64,000 nt of DNA from Macrostomum hystrix (Eukaryota > Animalia > Platyhelminthes), in the NCBI GenBank assembly GCA_950097015.1, contig CATNEN010000025.1:4154001-4218000 (forward strand), written 5' to 3'. The first letter of the stretch is position 1, and each line of letters opens with the position of its first letter. Shown in pieces: positions 39,587 to 51,215 of this stretch. The notes below the pieces were generated by a model. That model saw nothing but the letters and a program-made list of their open reading frames with translations, was not told the DNA's origin and did not search any database. A program made the position numbers and the translations under genes.

Positions 39587-42500
39587 ATGTTGCAGATGCT
39601 CAGTGCAAGGCAGCGTGCTGCCATATTGGTTGGCAGGTCTCTAGTTGGCAGTGCATCTGCCCGCACTAAAGTTCTCAGCCTGGACACAATGAATCCGCAT
39701 GTTAAAAACATTGAATACGCTGTACGCGGCCCAATTGTGGCCAGGGCGGCCGAAATTGAAAAGGAACTGAAAGCTGGAGTGAAGAAGCCATTCAGCGAAG
39801 TTATCAAATGCAACATTGGCGACTGTCACGCCATGGGACAGCAGCCGCTCACCTTCCTACGTCAGGTATGAAAGCTGATCATTTATCATTACTTACTATT
39901 TGATGCTTGAAATGTTTAATCAGGTAGCAACTTAGAAACAGAAGTCTAAGCATGCTATGATCACTAGGCATAGCTAGTGCCACACCTACTTTTCTTATCA
40001 GTTTATCTATGCTTTCTGTATTTTTTGTTGTTAATAATCCGGTTTAAACAGGTTCTGTTTTTATGGCACCATTTCTTGTTTTTATTCGACTCCAGAAGTT
40101 CTTGCTCAGACAATTCAAGATAAAAAACCTTACTTTAATTTTAATAAAAGCGTTCTACGTTTAATCGACACTTCTTTTTACCATTTTTTAAAGTCTTATA
40201 AAAGAAAAAAACTAACGAATCAATAATAATAACAGGGGGCAATTACCGCTGCACTTAATTTAAAGGGGTAATAATAACCACTTAACTAAATGAACAGAAG
40301 GTAATGACCGTTTGACTAAGTGAACAGGTGGTAATGACCGCTAGACTAAATGAACAGGTGGTAATGACCGCTAGACTAAATGAACAGGTGGTAATGACCG
40401 CTAGACTAAATGGACAGGTGGTAATGACCGCTAGACTAAATGAACAGGTGGTAATGACCGCTAGACTAAATGAACAGGTGGTAATGACCGCTAGACTAAA
40501 TGAACAGGTGGTAATGACCGCTAGACTAAATGAACAGGTGGTAATGACCGCTAGACTAAATGAACAGGTGGTAATTACTGATGCGCTAAGAAACAGGCAT
40601 AATGAATAACTCAGGGTCAGTTCAGCACTCTGTCAAGCAGCATGTAATTCATCTCCATCCTAAAACATATCGTTGCCAAGGTGACCGCTCTACTGGCAGA
40701 TCCCAGCCTGTTTAAGTCTAATTTATATCCGTCGGATGCCAAGCAGCGAGCCGCCCGCATTCTGGACGACTGCGGCGGCCGCAGCGTCGGCTCCTACAGT
40801 CACGCCTGCGGCGTCAATGTCATTCGTGAGGACTGCGCCAAGTACATTGAAGCTCGCGACGGCGGCGTGCCATCAAATCCGGATGACATCTTCCTGTCAA
40901 CTGGCGCCAGCGAGGCTGTCAAATCCATCCTGGAGCTGCTGTCTAACGGCAAGGAAGGGCGCGAACAGGTTGGGATAATGATCCCAATACCACAGTATCC
41001 ATTGTACACGGCTACAATTAGCCAGTACAATCTGCGCGCGGTGCCCTATTACCTGGACGAGGCTGATAATTGGAGTTTGAGCATTGGCGAACTGCGGCGG
41101 GCCTATGAAGAGGTTTGAGTCTACTAAAGTTGCCTTGTCGCCTGTTAGGGGCTAGATTAGCCGTAGCACTGATTAGTTTAGCTTCAAAGCTTGGCCAGCT
41201 TAGCCTCATTGCAGGTTAGTTAAATCCCACCTCCACACCAATCTCCGCCTATTTTTTCATTTTACGAAGGCCGCCCCCAGCTGTCGTCCTCGCGGCCTGG
41301 TGGTGATCAACCCTGGCAATCCCACCGGCCAGGTGTTGCGCCCGGAGACTGTAGAAGAAGTAATTCAATTCGCTAAAGAGAAATCGCTTTTCATCCTAGC
41401 CGACGAGGTCTATCAGCACAATGTTTACGCAGAGGGGGCCAAGTTCATCAGCTTCAAACAGGTAAGAAACGTTTACATTTGATCAGTGATTCACTACTCA
41501 TTCCCACTGAGGGTCAGTGATTCACTCCTCATATTCCCACTGCGGGTCAGTGATTCACTCCTCATATTCCCACTGCGGGTCAGTGATTCACTCCTCATAT
41601 TCCCACTGCGGGTCAGTGATTCACTCCTCATTCCCACTGAGGGTCAGTGATTCACTCCTCATATTCCCACTGAGGGTCAGTGATTCACTCCTCATATTCC
41701 CACTGAGGGTCAGTGATTCACTCCTCATATTCCCACTGAGGGTCAGTGATTCACTCCTCATATTCCCACTGAGGGTCAGTGATACACTCCTCAATTTCCC
41801 ACTGAGGGTCAGTGATTCACTCCTCATATTCCCACTGAGGGTCAGTGATTCACTCCTCATTCCCACTGAGGGTCAGTGATTCACTCCTCATATTCCCACT
41901 GAGGGTCAGTGATTCACTCCTCATATTCCCACTGAGGGTCAGTGATTCACTCCTCATATTCCCACTGAGGGTCAGTGATACACTCCTCAATTTCCCACTG
42001 AGGGTCAGTGATTCACTCCTCATATTCCCACTGAGGGTCAGTGATTCACTCCTCATATTCCCACTGAGGGTCAGTGATTCACTCCTCATATTCCCACTAA
42101 GGGTCAGTGATTCACTCCTCATATTCCCACTGAAGGTCAGTGATTCACTCCTCATATTCCCACTGAGGGTCAGTGATTCACTCCTCATATTCCCACTGAG
42201 GGTCAGTGATACACTCCTCAATTTCCCACTGAGGGTCAGTGATTCACTCCTCAATTTCCCACTGAGGGTCAGTGATTCACTCCTCAATTTCCCACTGAGG
42301 GTCAGTGATTCACTCCTCATATTCCCACTGAGGGTCAGTGATTCACTCCTCATATTCCCACTGAGGGTCAGTGATTCACTCCTCATATTCCCACTGAGGG
42401 TCAGTGATACACTCCTCAATTTCCCACTGAGGGTCAGTAATTCACTCCTCATATTCCCACTGAGGGTCAGTGATTCACTCCTCATTCCCACTGAGGGTCA

Positions 42501-44706
42501 GTGATTCACTCCTCATATTCCCACTGAGGGTCAGTGATTCACTCCTCATATTCCCACTGAGGGTCAGTGATTCACTCCTCATATTCCCACTGAGGGTCAG
42601 TGATACACTCCTCAATTTCCCACTGAGGGTCAGTGATTCACTCCTCATATTCCCACTGAGGGTCAGTGATTCACTCCTCATATTCCCACTGAGGGTCAGT
42701 GATTCACTCCTCATATTCCCACTGAGGGTCAGTGATTCACTCCTCATATTCCCACTGAAGGTCAGTGATTCACTCCTCATATTCCCACTGAGGGTCAGTG
42801 ATTCACTCCTCATATTCCCACTGAGGGTCAGTGATACACTCCTCAATTTCCCACTGAGGGTCAGTGATTCACTCCTCAATTTCCCACTGAGGGTCAGTGA
42901 TTCACTCCTCAATTTCCCACTGAGGGTCAGTGATTCACTCCTCATATTCCCACTGAGGGTCAGTGATTCACTCCTCATATTCCCGCTGAGGGTCAGTGAT
43001 TCACTCCTCATATTCCCACTGAGGGTGGGTGATTCACTCCAAATCCTAATTGGGTTCACCGAGCTTACCCTGCATTGCCATATATTCACAACACCTTCCA
43101 TCCATCAGGCAATTAACAAGATGGGTCCGAAGTACGCAAAAGAGATCGAACTCGCGTCCTTCATGTCGGCCAGCAAAGGCTACATGGGCGAGTGCGGCTT
43201 CCGTGGCGGCTACTGCGAGCTGGCTAATGTTGACCCGGGCGTTCAGGCCATGCTGTACAAGCAGCTGTCCGCCCGCCTCTGCCCTTCTGTGATTGGCCAG
43301 GGCCTGCTGTCTGTCATCACCAATCCGCCGCAGCCTGGCGAACCCTCGTACGAGTCGCACCAACGCGAGAAGGCTCGCGTCCTAGGCGACCTAGCAACCA
43401 AAGCGCGCATGGCAACGGAGACATTCAATCGCATTCCCGGAATGCAGTGTAACCCGGTACAGGGCGCCATGTACGCCTTTCCCAGCATGCGGCTGCCGCA
43501 GAAATTGCTTGACGAAGCCCGTGCCAAAGGCATGGAAGCGGACGCCCTGTACTGCACCGCCCTACTGGAGGAGAAGGGCATCTGCGTGGTACCCGGCTCC
43601 GGCTTCGGACAGCGGCCCGGCACTCACCACTTCAGGTGCGGCTTAGATTAACTAAGATCTGATAGGCTAATGTAGTTCTCAAGCGGCTACTAAAGACTAA
43701 ATATAGGGCTACTAAGACTACTAAATCAATGGATTTAAGGCTGTCTATGGGTTTAAGGCTACTAAATCTATGAACTAAAGGCTACTGCCAATAGGTTTAA
43801 GGCTACTAAATGTATGGATTAAAAGCTACTGTCTATGGGTTTAAGGCTATTAATTGTAAAGATTAAAAGCTACGATCTATGGGTTTAAGGCTACTAAATG
43901 TATGGAATAAAAGCTACTGTCTATGGGTTTAAGGCTACTAAATGTATGGATTAAAAGCTACTGTCTATGGGTTTAAGGCTATTAATTGTAAAGATTAAAA
44001 GCTACGATCTATGGGTTTAAGGCTACTAAATGTATGGAATAAAAGCTACTGTCTATGGGTTTAAGGCTACTAAATGTATGGATTAAAAGCTACTGTCTAT
44101 GGGTTTAAGGCTATTAATTGTAAAGATTAAAAGCTACGATCTATGGGTTTAAGGCTACTAAATGTATGGAATAAAAGCTACTGTCTATGGGTTTAAGGCT
44201 ACTAAATGTATGGATTAAAAGCTACTGTCTATGGGTTTAAGGCTATTAATTGTAAAGATTAAAAGCTACGATCTATGGGTTTAAGGCTTCTAAACTATGT
44301 AGTAAAAGCTACTGTCTATGGGTTTAAGGCTATTAATTGTAAAGATGTAAAGCTACGATCTATGGGTTTAAGGCTACTAAATCAATGGATTAAAAGCACT
44401 GTCTATGGGTTTAAGGCTACTAAATCTATGGATTAAAAGCTACTGTCTATGGGTTTAAGGCTACTAAAGCTACAGATGGAAAGCTAAAGAAACTTTTATA
44501 GACCAGTTTCATAGCTATTTCAAAGATGATGTTATTTTATATTTGAGCTATTATATTAGGGTAGTCAAATACTCAAAAGATGGTTGGTTCCAACAAATAA
44601 TTGTCTTTTTTCCAGAATGACGATTTTGCCGCCAGTCGAAAAGCTGAAAATCGTGATGCAATCCTTCAAGGAGTTTCACGAAGACTTCATCAATCGCTAT
44701 AAATGA
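39587..44706 (+). CDS. GPT: Alanine aminotransferase (PLP-dependent, class I), 506 aa, 5 exons, probable mitochondrial presequence
   Basis: Exons 39587-39865, 40681-41112, 41270-41461, 43109-43635 and 44616-44706. All introns are GT-AG and the total is 1521 nt. Motifs: [65 protein letters not shown] (PLP lysine) and HFRMTILPP. The N-terminus is Arg/Ser-rich with no acidic residues. Confidence 0.97.
40285..40575. repeat. 30-bp minisatellite (TGAACAGGTGGTAATGACCGCTAGACTAAA) in GPT intron 1
   Basis: About 9 near-identical tandem units. Confidence 0.95.
41483..43040. repeat. 33-bp minisatellite (TCAGTGATTCACTCCTCATATTCCCACTGAGGG) filling GPT intron 3
   Basis: About 47 units. The 31-bp variant recurs at 41845 and 42470, giving a 625-bp higher-order repeat (18x33+31). 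Confidence 0.96.
43730..44465. repeat. 44-bp AT-rich minisatellite with a 132-bp higher-order period in GPT intron 4
   Basis: The core CTATGGGTTTAAGGCTA recurs every 44 bp or so. The GGCTATTAATTGTAAAG variant is at 43845, 43977, 44109 and 44241. Confidence 0.92.
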
Positions 44707-45604
44707 TTTGTTAAAATCCTGCGCCAAAAACACACTCAAGTCTACTTGCTTTCCTTTTTAAACTGCTGTTCTGGGTTTGCAAAAATTGCCTTAAAAGAAT
44801 TTTAGTTTTTTATCGCTAAAGTTGTCATTTTGTATTGAATATTAGTTTATTCATCTGACCATAGAGGTTAACATAAGGCACAGTCTGATTAGGCAACATT
44901 AAACTACTGTAACACTTCATAGCGTTAATTGCTAAATTTAGCCGTATTCTTCCCGTTAACCATTGCTGTCAGTTCTATTCATTTGGAGGCGACCTCGCTA
45001 GCAATAAATGTACTAAAGATAGATTGATATATATAGAATCTCCTATCTAACCTATATTGCCATAGGTTTAAAAAATGAATTACTAATTATATTTTAAAAT
45101 TCTAATCAACTAAAACAATGCCACATGATTTTGTAGTTTGCCGTCTTCTCATATTCATTATCCAGGGTGGTATGTAACAGTTGCCAAGGATAAAAAAGGA
45201 AACAGACGTCAAGACGATTACTAATCACATTACATTCACCTATAAATTGTTTCATTAAAAAAATTCTTAAATAAAAAGCAAGCACCAATTTAATTGTGTT
45301 CAAAGTAGATAGGTTCAAAATAGTATAGAATGAATATAATAGTGTAAATAGAGTAAAATCACAAAAACTGGTCGATTATATAAAAAAACATTGCACATTA
45401 TCCTAACAGGCTACTACTCATCTGGATCAATCAATAAAAAAATACTGCATACTACTTATACGAGTAGTACTACCACGCGCAAAAAAATAAACGAATAAGT
45501 CTATGAAAAAAGATCAAATTTGATCAACTTATTATGCCCTTAGCAACCAAGAGCGAATAGTTAAAATGATAATGTCAATCGTTTATAATGAAATTTGCAT
45601 TTGT

Positions 45605-46408
45605 TCACTCGAATATTAGAATGTCGGTGCAGATCGACTGCACAAACACAAACACAATGAACATGTAGAGATACCAACGCTTAGAGCTGGCTAGCTCGCC
45701 TAGGCGCGCCAATTGAATGAGGTAGATCTCTAGGCCGGTGAGCATGCACAGCGATACGGCGTACATCAAATATAGGCCGGCATTCGCCGGGTTCACAGCG
45801 GCGCGGACAATGCACAGGATTATAGTAATTAGCAAGTTCACTTTGGCCGCAATGAAAAGGCCGCGCTCGATTAGCACCTGTCATAGGGTTTAGTTCAGGT
45901 GCTTAAGTCAGCCAATCAACTGATGAAGAAGGGCCGAGGCATTGTTCTATATTTGGAAATAATTTTTACGGGAATTCCTATTTAAAGGGGTTGAGTGGCA
46001 GAGCAGTTAACGTGTTTGCCTCTCGCACCAAGGTCCCTGATCTGGACGCCCTTTAGGGCCTTTAGGGCCAACTTTCAAGGCACAGTGAGTGTACACTGTC
46101 TGAGGATGAGAAAGTCAGGGCAGATGTACACACCTGTGTGAGCGCGTGCCTGCGTACAGTATCTGTGTGCGTGTGTGCTCAGGAGTCAGCGAAATGGGCA
46201 GAATTGCCTTCTCGCTGGTTGCGGGTCTAGTGTCACTGCTGCAAATATTACACACTGTTATTATTAACTTATATTAACTTCTATTTAACCAATATAAAAC
46301 TTCAATCACCTGCTTGGCAGTCTGATCGCTATAGATTGGGCCGGACTCAACACCTCCGGCTCCGCTGCCGCCGAGGCCCTTAGCGAATGGCGACTGTTCT
46401 TCAGACAT
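45605..46408 (-). CDS. TMEM243: Transmembrane protein 243 (DUF2678) homolog, 123 aa, 2 exons
   Basis: Exon 1 is 46408-46310 (MSEEQSPFAKGLGGSGAGGVESGPIYSDQTAKQ), with donor GTGATT. The intron is 46309-45878 and ends ATGACAG. Exon 2 is 45877-45605 (VLIERGLF...LIQLARLGELASSKRWYLYMFIVFVFVQSICTDILIFE*). It has three hydrophobic segments and resembles human TMEM243 PLFGETSAKD and LIYWYRQGDL...ICANLYFHD, recalled from memory. Confidence 0.78.
45987..46039 (+). mobile_element. Possible truncated tRNA-derived SINE head in the TMEM243 intron
   Basis: GGGGTTGAGTGGCAGAGCAGTTAACGTGTTTGCCTCTCGCACCAAGGTCCCTG has an A-box-like TGGCAGAGCAG and an anticodon-arm-like segment, but stops where the B-box (GGTTCGA) should be. 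Confidence 0.3.
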
Positions 46409-46788
46409 GGCTGTTTAATTATAAAATGATTAATACTCGTTGCTATGACCCACTGGGCTAGTCTTTGTGCCGAACTGTTTAAAGCTGGAAGCAAAAATAG
46501 GTTAAACTTATTACAACACGAGCAATGGATGATATACCCTCACTTTTTTCTTTATAACAGTGATTCAATCAATTGTGAAGTGACAAAATGATATCTAAGA
46601 AAGCAAGAACTATAGATTCTTAATTCTTTACAAATCAACTTTCGAAAAAAACCTTTATATATTTACGAGTATAACTTCGTGTCTAAAGTATGATATAGCA
46701 ACAAGAATACAGAACACAAGATAAGCAAAAAATGAACAAATTAATGTATTATTTAAGCATCGGCAGTACTGTTGGAAGATCTACTAAA

Positions 46789-47191
46789 CAGTAGAAATAC
46801 CACGGGGCTATTTCAACTACCCATATTTTTCTGTATCTCCGAAAATATTCAACCATTAAAATCTAGAACACGGACTAAAATTGTCCGCTATATCCGATGA
46901 AACAACTTCCAGAATAACAAAACATCGGCATCGTCGAGATATTCAACGATTCTCGTATTTGTGTCTGGTGGCAAAAACCAGCAGTGTTATTTGTCTATGT
47001 CAACAGGGTCATCGACAAGAATTGCTGAATATCTAGACGATGCTGGCTCGGACGGCTTTGAAAGTTAGTTCATTGTAAGAGGCGTAAAATGTTGATCCGA
47101 ATAGTGGACTTTTACGAAAATCGGTCATTTCTGGGGAGCTATCGTGAAGTAGGCAGCGGGTATTTGAAATAGCTCAGTGGTCTCTCCACTG
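46789..47191. mobile_element. About 400-bp fold-back MITE with CAGT termini, between INTS4 and TMEM243
   Basis: The terminal inverted repeats match at 28/34 nt (CAGTAGAAATACCACGGGGCTATTTCAACTACCC vs the reverse complement of the right end). An internal inverted pair matches at 23/26 nt (about 46928-46953 vs 47018-47044). No clear TSD. Related sequence lies at 35522 and about 59885-59955. Confidence 0.7.
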
Positions 47192-47249
47192 TTCAAGTAG
47201 TATGCTGCGAATATTAATGATAGGCAAAATTTGCGCACAGAAAGATTGT

Positions 47250-50200
47250 TTATGATCTTCTAGGCGGCTGAGGCTGCACACTGACGGGCACACAGGGGGT
47301 TACCTCTACTGACCAATCGTCAAGCTCAAGCGCTAGGCACACCTGCAACTGGGCGGCCTGGGTCCACTGCGGACAAGTCACCTGCAGCTGGGTTGATAGT
47401 TCGCGCACAACGCCAGATTCGCTAGACCAGTGCGACTGGGCAGGCGACCAGACAACCCGGCGCCTGTCCGGCAGCTGAAGCCACACGCGGACACAGTCCG
47501 GCCTGGGACAGTGGCGCAGCCGGGCGCGGACTGGCACAGGCAGCGGCAGGCCCGCCGGGAACCGGCGATTCTCTTCCGCTCCAGCGGGCGTCGGCTCCAG
47601 CAGAGCAGCCGACAGTCGGCCAAGACCGGACGGTAGCGGATTCGGTAGAGGCGGCGGAGGCAGCCTACTAGAAGTATTTTGCTGAGACACAATCTGCTGA
47701 CGCAGGTTTATAAGACAGTCAACAGTATCGGAATGCTGTCCGCTGTACAGTAGCTGCAGTCGGTAGGTTAAACTAACAGCTTCCGACGATGCGGAAGAAG
47801 CCGATGATGAAAACGAAGCGGGACTAGTTAGCGCCGCGGCCAGTAGGCACCAGTCGCGGGTGAACGCGGCGCGGCCGGCCAAAGCGGGATTGAGGCGAGC
47901 CAGGCCGGACAGGTCGGCTAGTAGAGGCCGCAGACGGCGCTGCCGATGGCAGGCCAGCTCGGCTCGCACGCGGGCCAACGTAGTTGAGAAGAATGCCTCG
48001 TCGTCCATTAAGCTGACGGGAACGGACGAGGCGACGCTGCCGCCTTCGCCACCGGCTGCCAGGGCCGGTAGGGCTGGTGTGAGGCCGGGCAGGGCAGCAC
48101 GCAGGTAGGCGTAGTGCCGCTTGGCGTAGGGCGGCAGCAGGGCGCGCAGCTGGGGCAGTGCGGCAGTGGCATTGAGCACGGCTAACAGTACGGCTGTGTA
48201 GGCCGGGTCCTCCTTCAAGGGCTCGGAGCCCTGCAGATAGGGATGCAGGCAGAGCAGGTCGGCCACGGCGAGCTGCAGAAGGCCGCTGTGTCGTCGGCCG
48301 ACAGCGGCGGCGCATCGCCAAACGCATTGTTGGTCAGTGGGGTATCTGGGGAAGTTTAGTTGATAGAAATCCTCATAGCTCCCATAACAAATCTTATATT
48401 ATATTAATTTATAACACAATACGAATAGCAAGGGCCGAACCTGGACAGATTGTCTAGGAGGCCGGCTAGCAGGGCCCTCAGACAGTCGGTGTCGGCCAAT
48501 CCGCAGCCAGCTAGAAGGTCGCGGAGGCCGCGTCTCAGCTCGGCGTTGTCCTCCTTGAGCGCGGCCAAGCACACGTGGAGCTGCGGACCGGCCAGCTGAA
48601 AGCTGGCCAGACGGGCTAGGGCTCGAACAGCTGAGAGACGGACGGCGTGAATATCGTCGGCAAGCATGTCGACTAGGATGTCGGCGCACTGATCGGCGAA
48701 CGCCGGACAGCGTTCGGCCAGTCGGCCAGCCGAGCGGACGGCAGCTGAGCGCACCGCGGAACTCTCGTCTTCGAAGCCGTTGACGAAGGCGCCGGAAGAG
48801 CCGAGGCTAAGCAGCGTGACGTCCTTGAGCTCGATGTCGCCGATCGGAGCGCCGGTCCGCCGGTGCCGCTGCTGCTGCGCTTGCAGGTCGTTAGGTCGGC
48901 GTCGCAGGCGCAGGTCGGTCATCACTTGACGGTCCAGGGTGGCTGCCAGCTCTGCTTCAGAGACGCGGCCGGCCAGACGGCCGAGGGCGCGGGCGGCGCG
49001 GACTCGAACTAGCGGACTGGCGTCCTGCATTGCGCCGGCCAGTCGACGAAATGCGGCATCGCCGGCGTCGATGGCATCAGCGTCTGCGGCATCCTCAGGT
49101 GAAGCGGAGGCTGAGGCGGTGGCCGCTGCGGCGGAGGATGCGTTGTGAGCGTCAAGGTCTTCTGCGTCGGCGGCTGCGACAGCTCCGGCCAGGGCGATGT
49201 CGACGCAGACGGCGCGCACAGCAGGATCATCGTCGGCGTCCATGGCGGTGTGCGCTAGTTCTAGCGGCACGGGTGGCGATGACGCAGCTGTTGACGATGC
49301 CGAAGCTGCCGCCCGTCGCAGCCAGGCCAGATGGCAGGCGTGGGCAGCCCAGCGCACCCTGGGGTCCTCGTGACCGGTCATAAAGCCGGCCAGCTCTGCG
49401 CAGGTGACTCGCGGCGGCAGGAGGCGATCCCGCGGCGACATGGCCCGGCCGGTCAGTACCAAGCCGTGGGCCACTAGCCGAGGATCCGGCCGGCCAACCA
49501 TGGCAGCCAGCAGGCGGTGCAGCCGGTCTGTCAATGCGCCGGTTGCCAATAGTCCTGGCTGACGAATTAGAAGACGTCGAATGCAGTCTAGGCCGCACAA
49601 TGTCAGGCCGACCGAGGCGGCATCTTCATCGGTTGAAACAAAAGCGGCTGAAGATGATGTTGAAGTCGAAGCTGGCGATTCTGATAAAGGCAGAACGTCT
49701 AGCAGGCAGCTGAAGTATTCCTCGGCGCACGCTTCCGCTTCAGCGTCGCCCTGATCGCGTCCAGTTGACACCATCGACAGCATGAGCAGCGCCAGCTCCT
49801 GGCACAGGTCGCTGCCAGATGGCGAATCAATCCGGCTGCAGAGGCAGCGGAGAAGGCTGCCAAATCGTTCAAGCCATTGTCGTTGACCGAGGCGCGATAG
49901 GGCTGTGCGCGCCAGCCTGTGCAGCGCCAGAATTCTAGCGCCTGGCGTCAGCTGAGCAGTTTGAGCTTCTCCTGAGCTGCTGGGGCCAGGTAAAAGCATT
50001 TCAGCGCCTGAGTTAAGCCTGTCGTCTAGGACTGACTGCAGCAGCTGCTGCTCAAATTGCAAACTGATTACATTGCTGGAGCTGAAATCTTCTCCGCTAA
50101 TTAGAGCAGAACCAACTGAGGCAGAGGTGGAACTAGCGCCTGTGGAACCAGCAGAAGCTGTCAAATTGGTGCTCAACTTTAGCCGCTTTGGCGCTGGCTG

Positions 50201-50263
50201 TTCGACTTCAACCACTTCTGTCTCAGTTAGGCTGAGGGTTGGCACTTCAGGGCTGGCCGCCAT
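47250..50263 (-). CDS. INTS4: Integrator complex subunit 4 (HEAT-repeat protein), about 972 aa, 2 exons
   Basis: Exon 1 is 50263-48441, the intron is 48440-48346 (GTTCGG...TTCCCCAG, phase 2), and exon 2 is 48345-47250. Motifs match INTS4: GSSGAFVNGFEDE..AVR.AAV, FADQCADILVDMLADDIHAVRLSAV, LLDNLSR|YPTDQQCVWRC, and HPYLQGSEPLKEDPAYTAVL. An N-terminal PKRLKL is NLS-like. Confidence 0.93.
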
Positions 50264-50627
50264 AACTGGCTGGCTGCTTTGTGGACTTCAGTTGAAAGAT
50301 GTCAATACAGGAATGGGCTAGATTGCTTGTGCAAGATAGGCTGCAAAATTAGCAAGAGACAGTTTAATTCCAGGTCATACATGTGCAACACCCGGCCGAA
50401 CTGGCCAGGTGAAACGAGGGCCAAGAAAGGTAAGTCGCAAAAACCAATAGACCAAGCGCAAAAAAATCAAAGGGGGGACCAAGGGAAAAAAAGTAAGGCG
50501 TGAAGAAAAGGAAAAAATGGAGAGAAAAAGAGAGCAAATGAGAGCAAACTAAGTCATAAATGAGAGCAAAAACTAAGTCGCACGGCCGGCTAAGATTTGG
50601 GAGGCTCATGTATGTTCCAGGTACTTC

Positions 50628-51215
50628 GGCAATCCTACACTTCCGTTCGGTAAATTATTTTGACACTGAATTTTGAACAGGCGTGTTAAATAACAATGTA
50701 ACCAAACAAAACTGAAACAGTGGAACATGGTAGCAGTCTGTTAGAGCGCATAGTCACTTAGAGTGTGTCTGCAGGTCATTAAGGTGTCTACAATGGATAG
50801 TAATGTCCAATCCAGTACAGGATAGCCCCAAATGGACATTGAGGATACAGACGACGCCAGAGAAATTCCTCAATGTGTGCGTCGAAGAGAGCGTCGCTCG
50901 TGCCATGCATGTTGCGGATCTTGCGCTTCGCGTGGGCCCATGTGCCCTCCACAGTGTTTCAAACCTCGTTTAACGGGATGATGAACCCGGGTGCTGCAGG
51001 TCGCCCAGCCATGGCAATGAAGACAGAAAGATATGAGAAACTGTAGCTCAATAAAACAAGCAGCTCACAAGCAACAGCTCCCTTAAACTGACACGCCTTT
51101 AAACTCTGTTCGCTCAAACTTTTGGCCATAGACACATTGCCAATTGACGTCATTTGACTTGGTGGTACGAATTCAAATGTGAAAATAATTTACCGAACGG
51201 AAGTGTAGGATTGCC
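50628..51215 (-). mobile_element. Merlin (IS1016/IS1595-like) DNA transposon, 588-bp internal-deletion derivative
   Basis: Perfect 34-bp TIRs (GGCAATCCTACACTTCCGTTCGGTAAATTATTTT) and an 8-bp TSD GGTACTTC (50620-50627 and 51216-51223). GG-starting TIRs with 8-9 bp TSDs are characteristic of Merlin. A transposase C-terminal remnant lies inside. Confidence 0.9.
50788..50958 (-). pseudogene. C-terminal remnant of a Merlin/IS1595-family DDE transposase
   Basis: Translates as NTVEGTWAHAKRKIRNMHGTSDALFDAHIEEFLWRRLYPQCPFGAILYWIGHYYPL*, which matches the N.IE..W...KR....HG.S.......L.EF.WRR signature. It is preceded by an in-frame TGA at the deletion junction and is absent from the ORF track. Confidence 0.85.

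Noticed and set aside
41517-43101. [11 protein letters not shown] and [11 protein letters not shown] repeat ORFs, and the 393-aa ORF fused to GPT
   Set aside because: The 33-bp unit is a multiple of 3 and lies between canonical GPT splice sites. The real exon starts at 43109.
46110-46235. Possible extra exon inside the TMEM243 intron
   Set aside because: Both candidate acceptors lead straight to an in-frame TGA, and the two-exon model already aligns without a gap.
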